In this document: positions 52,039-64,000 of the stretch, piece after piece
Position numbering within the stretch: the first letter of the stretch is position 1
Layout of the letters: each line of letters begins with the position of its first letter
Source of the DNA: Mobula birostris
Lineage: Eukaryota
Assembly: GCF_030028105.1 (NCBI RefSeq)
Contig: NC_092374.1
Span: 32,497,016 to 32,561,015 of the forward strand
DNA: 64,000 bases
Direction: 5' to 3'
Program-made: the position numbers and the translations under genes
The notes under the pieces: model-generated
What the model was told of the DNA's origin: nothing
Seen by the model: only the letters and a program-made list of their open reading frames with translations
Database searches by the model: none

Positions 52039-52672
52039 TTGTTTGCATGCCTAGAAACCATTCATATCCTTGTTTATCAAGAATCCATCTACCTCTGCCT
52101 TAAAAAATATTAAGACTGTTTTCACTGCACCCTGGAGAAGTTGAAAAGACATATTATGCCTGTAGTTAACAAAAGTTTTCATTTATGTACTGCAATTGCT
52201 TTGAGAGAGGTAGCTGACGTTGCACAAACTTAACAAACCTGGAATAGATCTAGTCTGTAACTGATTGGTACTCAGTTACTAATGTGTTATATTTATTCAG
52301 CCTTGTGGCAGATTTCTAAAATCAGTAGCTTAAGTTTCTGGATTCTGAGAAATAAGTATTTTTATTTCTCGGAATCCAGGAACGTAAGGCTCTATAAACA
52401 ATCCAAAGATTAAACTACTCAATGACATTACTGATTATTTTGTGATATTCTAGATTGCTGGCATATTATTTGAATATATGAACACTTCTTTAAAAGCTCT
52501 TGATTTTCTTTTTGCTGTTGATTATGTTTTGGAAGCTTTGAAGAAAAGGGATCCCTAGGAAATGTATCAGTGTGTGTCTGAGATCTGAAGAATTTGAAAA
52601 CCACTGGTTTAAAGTTTTGCCTTAAGTAAAGATAAGTTGCTGATTTTCCATTTCATTAATCAAACTATGTAA

Positions 52673-53061
<389 letters not shown>

Positions 53062-54023
53062 TAATTTTATGCTGGCAACTCTTGAATCATCTTTAACTAG
53101 CATTTTTCACATTATTAATTTTTAAGTTTTCAAAAATTATTAAATGATACCTAAAACTACTTGATTTTAAACTTCTGATTTCCAACCTTATCAAGAAACT
53201 GTATCATACAGTATTTGAACATAATGGAAAGTAGCAAAACATTATGTACTTAATGTAGCATATTCATTTATCCATATGTATAGGTAGGATTAGGTAGGCA
53301 ATGTTATTTTTTAACTGTTTTCAATTATTTGTTTCCTTTGTTCGTCCCTGGCACTGTTACAAATTTAGAGAAACTTCTTTACTAATGGTGTCAAAAGTTG
53401 CATTCACTAATCTCAAATTTAATAAACTGCAGAAGCAAATGAGAGTAGCAATTTCATTTTCAGTAGAAAGTATAAGCTCTTATCAATTCAATCTTTAGAA
53501 AAGCTATTTTGAGATGGTTAGAACTTGCATGGTGTTGGCTGCAGCAGGCCAGCTCTAATGAGTTTTATAAATACAGTGATTTATTTGTAACTGTTTACAT
53601 GGCTCTTTCCAGAGCAAAAATTAAAATAGTTGACTAGCAGAATTACATAATTGATTTTTCCCATATGAGGAGTTGGCATTTTTGGTCAATGCATTCAAGT
53701 GAAAAACTGAATGCACCCTGATGTATACTCAAAAATACTGATTTGCTTTGTTCTCCTCCAAATAGCTAGCTAAGAATGACATGGTTAAAAGTTACAACTG
53801 TCTAGGTGGTCACCTTCATGATCTGAGGCAAAGATCGATGCAGTAGGTATCCAATCAAAATAGATGGCAAAAATATTAATTTTGAAAGATGGAAACAGGA
53901 TCATTTGTTTCTGAAAAGTACATAAAACAATTCAGGTTTAGATTATAGAACTTGAATTTACATTTTACATTTCTTTTCATGTCTTTAAAAATTCACCATC
54001 TCATTCACTTTTGTCTGCTTTAG

Positions 54024-54236
<213 letters not shown>

Positions 54237-55007
54237 TAAACAAATTAAGTGTTGATGACGAAGCAATTTATCATTCTCATAAATTGCAGTTTTACCTTTT
54301 TTGTGTATGAAATCATCTCTTCTTTCCCTTGATCTGTAATTTTAAACACTTCTAATGAATCAGCCCTCTGCCTTTTATTGCCATTGGTGCAGCGGCTTTT
54401 GATGTTATGTCAAATCTACTGGAGCTCAATACACAAAGCAATGCAATTCTATCTCCGCCATTAAGTCATTCCCTGTAACTGTCTGTACATTGTTGACTTT
54501 CTCTTTGATGTGGTGTCTTTTCCTATCCACACTGCTAAGAGCATCTGAAAATTTTTTCTACATCTTAAAAATTCACAAACTCACATTATTTTAGAGCGAA
54601 ATATGTATGCAGCAAACGTGTATTTTTAGGAGTGGCTGATTTACTAAATTATGCGTTCGACATCGGCCTGATGCCCTGTACATTCAACATTCCCATGGTG
54701 TACAGGAATTGAGTTTTAATTTTAAAAACCTCATTATGTCCACTAAGCATTGCATCCAAGAACATCTAATAGGATTTTTATGCCCTTCAGTTCTATTACA
54801 AAATGTATATTTTGGCAAGCGCTGACTATAAACGTTTGGGATAATTTATGTTTGCATTATTATTAGGGATATATCTTCTCTTAAGCTGCGATTTTTCATC
54901 TAGATTTGATTCCTTTTCCTTGAGGGGGCATAATGGTACCTTAGGTAAATAGTCCAATCATAGGGTAAAGTATTTTTCATATATCACATTTGGATGTGGT
55001 ACCATTT

Positions 55008-57175
55008 CTTTCTTTCTCAGTCTTTTTTATTAAGTTTTGAATTGATAAACATAATAATACAAAGAGATCGGGATTACATTAATAACGGTTAACGTGTACA
55101 GACACAGACTCCGAGTAACATATGTAATTAAAGCCTCCCAATCTCTTAATAACTGAACGTGAAAAAGATTCAATAAGTTTTATACAAAGAAAAAGTCCCC
55201 CTACACTAAAAAAAACAAAACAAAGACTGGGCTGCCATGTTTCATCAGTTAAAATCATTATTTGTCATTAACTCCGCTCCTCTATACACAAAAAAATTAT
55301 TGAAAAGGATTCAGAAAAGGTCAGCTTACATCTGATGAAAATGTTGAATAAATAGCCTCCAAGTTTCCTCAAATTTAACCAAAGGATCGATAGTACCACT
55401 CCTAATTTTTTGCAAGTTTAAACATGTTATAGTTTGGGAAAACCATTGAAATGTAGTAGGGGGATTAGAATCTTTCCATTTAAATAAAATGGATCTTCTG
55501 GCTATTAATGTAACAAATGCAATCAAACGGCAAGCTGAAGGGTATAAATGATTAGAGTCCCATCACTGGTGATCCAAAAATTGCAGTAATAGGATGAGGT
55601 TGTAAATCAATACGCAAAACTACTGAAATAATATTAAAAATGCCTTTCCAATATTCTTCCAAAAGAGGGCAAGACCAGAACGAACATATGTGTTAGGGAA
55701 GCTACCTCAGAATTACATTCGTCACAGACAGGATTTATATGACAATAAAAACGAGCTAACTTATCCTTGGACATATGGGCCTGATGAACCACCTTAAATT
55801 GTATCAAAGCATGTCTAGCACACATAGAAGAAGTGTTAACTAGTTGGAGAATTTTCTCCCATTTCTCTAGAGGGAAAGATACCTGAAGTTCTCTTTCCCA
55901 TTCATTCCTAATTTTATCAGATGTACCTAGACGTATTTTCGTAATTAAATCATAAGTAATTGCTATTAAACTCTTCTGATAGGGATTTAAACCTAAAATT
56001 TTTTCTGTAATTTCAGTTTGATGTGGTATCGGAAAAGTAGGTAAAACAACATTCAAAAAGTTTCTAATCTGTAAATATCTGAAAAAATGTGATCTAGGCA
56101 AATTATATTTATTGGACAACTGTTCAAAAGACATGAGACAGTTATTCATGAATAAATCACGAAAACATGTTATTCCCTTCGCTTTCCATAAAAGAAAAGC
56201 TTGATCAGTTCCGGATGGTTGGAAGAAAAAATTGGATATAATAAGACTTGATAGGATAAATCTATTCAATCCAAAAAATTGATGAAATTGAAACCACTGT
56301 GTTTAGTTTAGTTGTATGTATGTTCAGTTATTGGATTAATTGTTTGTTTATTCAGTTTAGTAAAAATAGAAGCCAATGAGAACCCCTGTACAGACTCACA
56401 CTCGAGGTTCACCCATCGTGGACTTTGAATTTCATCCAATTCTTGTGTCCAAAACATTAGATATCGAATATTAATTGCCCAATAATAGAATCTAAAGTTC
56501 GGCAATTTGAAACCGCCATCCTTTTTTGATTTCTGTAAATATTTCTTACTTAACCTAGGATTTTTATTCTGCCATATATATGAAGAAATTTTAGAATCAA
56601 TAATATCAAAAAAGGATTTAGAGATGAAGATTGGTACTGCCTGAAATAGATACAGAAATTTAGGTAAAATAATCATCTTAATAGCATTAATTCGGCCAGT
56701 CAATGATAAGGACAATGGGGACCATTTAGTAAGCTGTTGTTTAACATGATCAATTAAGGGTAAAAAAATTAACTTTAAATAGATCCTTATGCTGCTTAGT
56801 AATTTTAACACCCAAATAAGTAAAATAATCAGTAACCAGGCTAAGTGGTGATTGTCTATAGATTGGAACTTGCATATTTAATGGGACAAGCTCACTCTTA
56901 TTAAGATTCAATTTGTAACCAGAAAAACTACTAAACTGAGCAAGTATTGATGTTACTACAGGGATGGATTTCTCTGGGTTAGAGATGTATAGTAACAGGT
57001 CATCTGCATATAGTGATACCTTATGCGTCCCAATCCCATGAATAATGCCAAATATATTGGGTGAATCACGAAGAGTGATTGCCAAGGGCTCCAAGGCAAT
57101 ATCAAATAGTAAAGGGCTTAAAGATCAGCCCTGTCTAGTACCTCGAAAAAGCCTAAAAAAGGTGGGGGGGGGGGT
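55008..57175 (-). mobile_element. L1-clade LINE, 5'-truncated
   Basis: RGTRQG, LSPLLF, EPLAITLR, KVSLYADDLLLYI, GYKLNLNKS, FTYLG, GRINAIKM, C-terminal CxxC...H. A-rich tail; TACCATTT duplicated at 55000-55007 and 57176-57183. Confidence 0.92.
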
Positions 57176-57619
57176 TACCATTTATAAATATAAATGGAAA
57201 ATGTAATATGATTTTATAAAAAACAAAAAAAAAGCATTTATGTTAGAGTAAGTACCATTTGTCGACTGTTGAAGCAAGGAATATTTTCAGAACTCAAAAG
57301 TTCAAGGTAAATTTATTATTAAAGTTCATATATGTTACCATATACAACCCTGAGATTCATTTTTTACAGGCATTCTCAGTAAATAGAAAGAAACAAAGAA
57401 AAAATACTGGATATCACAATACATAACTTCTTACAAGTGAAAATCCATAAAATCATTTTCTAATGCAATACATGTCTGTAAATTCCTGAGAACTTCCTCA
57501 GCACTTTTTTTTGTAATACAGTTAGCTTCACAGTGGTAAAGAAAAGTTTAGTTATATTTTTACTATCTTTTCTTTAAGTTATCTTTATGCAAGGTTTTGA
57601 CTAATATTCAGATGTTTAA

Positions 57620-57979
<360 letters not shown>

Positions 57980-58184
57980 TAATTTTATGTTTAAATATTT
58001 AAAATAATGTAAAGTTCTGCAGAGGATGTGTCTATTCAGCTTACTAGCATGCTTTTTGCCAAAGCCATTCATTGTAATTACGTTTCCTTCCCCACATCAA
58101 ATTTTGTTTTTTGGTATTGGTCCCTTAACATTTAAATTACAGTATATTCTCTGCTGCAGAAGGAAAGCTTCATAAGTACATCTA

Positions 58185-58445
58185 GGACCAAAGGGCACAG
58201 CCTCAGAGAACATCCTTTTAGAACAGAGATGAGGAATTTACTTAGCCAGAATGTGGTGTGGAGGTCAAATTATTGGGTATATTTAAAGTGGGGATTGATA
58301 GGTTCTTGATTAATGAGGGCATCGAAGGTAATGGGGAGAAAAGGCAGGAGAATGGGTTGGAGAGAGATATTAAATCAGCCATGATGGAATGGCAGAGCAG
58401 GCTCAGTGGGGCAAATTACCTAATTCCGCTCCATGTCTTACGGTT
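58185..58445 (+). mobile_element. CR1 3' end
   Basis: RTKGHSL...RTEMR, IFKVGIDRFL; typical CR1 3' UTR. Confidence 0.75.
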
Positions 58446-59820
58446 TTATCATTTGTGTGTGAAAGCATTTCTCCTCTAGTGTATATCTTTAGCCTGTTTC
58501 ATCATTACATTGAGTGGAAATGATGAGTCACTATTTACCTGTTAAAACTCTTCTAAGTTCAGAGTGAAATTATTAAATCTCAGCACTACAGAATGATAAC
58601 AGCATGGAAGAAGGCCATTCGGCCCACTGAGTCCATATCAGTTTCATTTAATCTCCCCTTGATCCTCCAGATTGTTTCCTTTCAGATGCTTATTGCACCC
58701 CTGAATCTGTCAATTATGGGAAGATCATAGGGAGATTCTCCATATTTCCTTTTACATTCCTCAACATCTGAGGATGAAACACATCTGGACCAGATTTATC
58801 CAATTTAAACACAGCTAGTAGATCTACTTCATCTATCAATAATCCAAAATGTTAATAATGCCTTTGTTTTAAGGCTCCAGTAGTATCCTTTTAGGTAAAG
58901 ACAACTATAAAGTATTTATTAAGTACCTCAAACATGCTCTTTGCCCCCAAGAGTAATTTATTTTTGTTTTGTCTCTTCAATTAAAGCCCTTTTCTTACAT
59001 GCATTTTCCAGTGCTCATGTATACATAATATTCTTGGATTGTCTTTGACAGACTCTTCTCATACTCTTTCTTTACCCCTCCTATTTGCTTTTTCACTTCC
59101 CTTCTGTACTTTCTGTAATCAACCTGATCTCACTTGTGTTAACAACGGGGCATCTCTTTGTTCTAGTCATTCAGGGAGCTCAGGCTTTAATTTCCCTACA
59201 GATCTATTCTTATCCTTTCGAAATTGGATCTCCTATAATGGATTATTTTTATCCTAGTATAGCTGAAAACTTTTTCCATTACTGTTCTGAAGTGTATATT
59301 TTTATGCTCACTTCCCCCCCCCCATTAGTCTTAAAGTTGAAACAGTAAATTAGACAGGTGTACTATTTCTCACATATTTTAATTAAGTACAATATTTGCC
59401 TTTGCAGTGAATGATAAATTGAGCTTCACTCCTGTGCAACTCCACCAAGGAAGTTTATCTCCAGAGTATAATTTGTGTATAGTTATAGCTTATTAAAATG
59501 ATTCTGGTAAACAGTTATTATTTTCCTTTGCAGATTATACATCAACATCCAAATTCAAATATAGCCATAAAATTCTTGCCAAATATTCCTCCTTCAAACA
59601 CATCACTTACACCATTTGCTCATTACAGCTTCAGTATATTCCATGTATTAATCACAATCTGTACTAAGAAAAATGTGCTGTGTATTTTTGTAAAAAAGAA
59701 GCAGAAGCTTTTGATTCCTTTGCTTAAATGGTATTTGATAGTAAAGTTGGTGTAGACTTTTGTCTTGCTCTAATAAAATTTTGTGTCAAATTGTTAAATT
59801 CTGTTTGAAGGGTTTTAATC

Positions 59821-60039
59821 ACAAACAAGAGAAAATCTGCAGTTGCTAGAAATTGAAGCAACACACACAAAATGCTGGAGGAGCTCAGCAGGCCAGGCAG
59901 CATCTATGGAAAAAAAGTACAGTCAACATTTTGGACCCTCCAGTCCTACCGAAGGATCTGGGCCCAAAACATCAACTGTACTCTTTTCCATAGATACTGC
60001 CTGGCCTGCTGAGTTCCTCCAGCATTTTGTGTGTTTTGC
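59821..60039. mobile_element. PLE inverted pseudo-LTR hairpin mini-element with 16-bp TSD
   Basis: Exact direct repeat TTGAAGGGTTTTAATC at 59805-59820 and 60040-60055. Inverted arms of about 80 bp; degenerate hammerhead CAGTCCTACCGAAGGATCTGGGCCCAAAACATCAACTG at the turn. Confidence 0.85.
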
Positions 60040-60108
60040 TTGAAGGGTTTTAATCTTGTTTTTCTACTATTTTCTGTTGACAGAAACAAAGAAATTTAAA
60101 AAGAGTAA

Positions 60109-60414
<306 letters not shown>

Positions 60415-61629
60415 TGAGCAAAGATCTGTCTATTAACAAGGAAATTAGTGCAATGTGCCAAGCTCTCACTTGGGTTTCAGAATTGCAGTTGAAATTTTTA
60501 CCTTAAATTGCTTTGTTGTGAAATGAAATTGGTACTCCTTATCTATATTGGACCAGATTATCCTTGCCTTACCTAAAAATTAATTATGGGAAACTCATGG
60601 TGCACAATTCTTCTAGTGGCCATTTGTGTCTCAGTGACTGGTTTCACCACTACAGCCATTGCTTGAGATAAAGAAGGTTGTAAGCAGCAAGAATGGCATT
60701 GAGCCGTACTCCATAAGACCCCATCTAGAGATAGCCTTCCTTATTGTCTTTCTGTTAGGATCTGATCAGATGCATTTGGAAATGGTGTAAACATTTAAAT
60801 AATTAATTATTTAGTGGCAATAAATTCAAATGAACATTCAACCTGAATAATATAATTGAAAATAATAACTAAAATTTAGAGGTCTTTTGAATAAAAGCTG
60901 ATGAGCCTGTCCAAATTAATGGGACAAAGCCACATGTGCCAGTGACAGCTTACATAAAGTTGAGATGCCAGAAAGAGAGTAGTGGTGGGTCCAGAGATGG
61001 AGCAGGATGTAATCTAACCTTTCTTGCATTCTTTACTTCTGTGTAACAGTAGGGCACAGAAACTAAATATGTAGATATGTATGCTGCAGAAACAGGCATT
61101 TCTCTACATGTTAAAGACTGAAAGGAGACCAGAATTCGAGAATTTACATAGGGGATAGTATGTGGGTTAAAAAGTTTGCAGAGAAAGATGTTGTGAAGGG
61201 AATTAACCATAACAATGACAGCTTCAAATTTGTTGGTACTTGTAAATCAGCGACGGCAGGGATAATTAATTGGTATGGCACTGGAGAGGAGTTTCGGATT
61301 AACTGATATTGATGGGCAATTGAAAGTCAAGGCTGCACTGCAATAAAAAAAAACAAGGTGACAAAGGGAAGCTTAAAGGTTTCAGCAGAAGCAAGCTAAT
61401 GTATGGATACAGTAAAGATAGAAAAATTGTGCAGTAAACCAACCTTTTGCAATTCTTCCCAAAATCATTACTTTTTGCCCATTTGCTTCAAGCCTATCTA
61501 TTTATTCTAGGTGTGTTTAGCCATATCCTTGATATTGGTAAGAAAATCCAAAGATTGATTAAACTTCTTCAATGTTAACCTGGACATGAGCAAACAATCC
61601 AATGCAGAGTCATACTGTTTTTGTTTTAG

Positions 61630-61899
<270 letters not shown>

Positions 61900-61994
61900 T
61901 AGCAACTTGCAATGCTATTTCTGTTATTTGCAGGAAATAGCAAAGGGACAAATAACCATTAACTACTGATTAATTGTGAAAGAATATGTCAGTT

Positions 61995-62515
61995 GGAGCA
62001 CCTCCGCTCCATCAGCCCCAGTGAGACTTTCCCGGTGGCCAAACATCGTAGTTCCAATTTCAATTCCCTTTCTGACATGCCAGTCCATGGACCCCTCCAG
62101 TGCCAAGTTGAGGCTATCCTCAGAGTGGAGGTGCAACACCTTTATGTTCTATCTGGGTAGCCTCCAACCTGATGGCATGAATATCAATTTCTCCTTCCAG
62201 TAAAAAAATTCTCCCCTCCCCCATTCCTCACCCTGACCTTTCACCTTCACCTACCTATCACTTCCCCCTTGGTCCCCTTCCCCTTCTCTTTCTGTTATGG
62301 TCCACTCTCCTCACTATCAGACTCCTTTGTCTCCAGCCCTTGACCTTTCCCACCCATCTGGCTTCACCTATCACCTTCCTTCCCCTCTCCCACCTTTTTG
62401 TTCTGGTGTCTTCACCCTTCCTTCTGAGTTCTGAAGGAAGATCTTGGCCTGAAACATCAACTATTTATTCATTTCCGTAGATGCTGCCTGATCTGCTGAG
62501 TTCCTCCAGCATTTC
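61995..62515 (+). mobile_element. Penelope-like element 3' end (GIY-YIG C-terminus plus pLTR)
   Basis: PVAKH...FYLGSLQPDGMNINFS; hammerhead-like AGTT-CTGAAGG-AAGATCTTGGCCT-GAAA-CATC-AACT at about 62427-62462. Confidence 0.8.
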
Positions 62516-62972
62516 ATCGGTATAAAAGTTGCAGTATTCTGCCCAAGTTAAGCTGGTTGTACTAGAAAGTCATATGGTAGTATGGTACAGCTACTTTGTG
62601 AAATACAGTAAAACTCTGATAATCCAGCACACTCATGAGAGACTTTGATTGCAACTGGTAGATGTTCCAGATTGCTGAATATTAATACCCAAAGTGCTTT
62701 TTTTTTTAAGCTGTTACACAGTGTAGTAATAAGCTTTCTAGTGAATCTGTAGAGTTGAAATAGAGCATTGGAACTCAGGCCTTAAAAGTATATGGTACTC
62801 AGTGCCCCAGTGAGTTGAAAAAGAGGAAGACAAGGATCTGATGAGACAATGCCAAACCATTGAGATTTTCAATTAATCAGAGGCAGATTATCACAGTCTT
62901 ACTGTAGTTTCTTTGATTTTATCATTACTCGTTGATCTTAATAGTGATTCAGTAAATAAAATAAAATTGTAA

Positions 62973-63131
<159 letters not shown>

Positions 63132-63328
63132 TAATGCTTCTTGAGTGTATGTACAATATTTAAGTGTTTGTGTGCAACTAGCCTGGAAAAGTTATGGTTT
63201 TTCAATTTTACTGTATAAATATAGTCAGAGGTATTTTTTCTCTTTTCAATATTATATATAGTAAATGTTTTGATCATATCAGTATCAATGTGAAACATGT
63301 TGAAGTCTTTCAGTGTAAATTTAAATAA

Positions 63329-63646
<318 letters not shown>

Positions 63647-64000
63647 TAATTGAGTAATTTTATGCTGAACACAACCTCGTAAATAATAATTTGGACATTA
63701 ATGTTTTATTTTAAGTATAATTTTATAGTAAAAAATGTCTTTCATATGAAATTTTTAATTGTGTAAGGGTATTTCTGTCAAACTTAAATCCATGAGTTAG
63801 AGTTACAGAATGATACAGTATAAATAACAAATACTGGTATTTTCCCCCTATATTTGAGCTAATCTGTCTCTCTCGCCCCAACCTCAGTGTGCCTTCCATC
63901 ACTCAATACTTAATGTTAAGTGAAATGCAAAGTTATCCATTCTTTCACCTTGTATTTAAAGACTATTTGACATTTTTTTCCAAAAAACTCAACATTATGT

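Overview
Eukaryotic, repeat-dense vertebrate DNA. The repeat families (CR1, Rex1/Babar, V-SINE, Penelope-like) suggest a cartilaginous fish, probably a ray or skate; this is inference. The right half holds coding exons 1-13 of the Golgi/ER zinc transporter SLC30A5 (ZnT5) on the + strand, from the ATG at 34395 to beyond the window end. All its splice phases reconcile. It has a CpG-island promoter with a 33-bp G-rich minisatellite and a UPRE (TGACGTGG), two upstream ORFs, a U12-type intron 6 and an expanded His-rich loop. The left half holds, on the - strand and head-to-head with SLC30A5, what appears to be a decayed multi-exon gene I cannot identify. Throughout the window are Penelope-like retroelement ends with degenerate minimal hammerhead ribozymes, several inserted as ~200-bp hairpin mini-elements with 16-18 bp target duplications. 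Also present are CR1, Rex1, L1, RTE-derived, SINE, Tigger, Tc1 and solo-LTR insertions. All assignments come from reading the sequence and recalled family knowledge; no searches were run.
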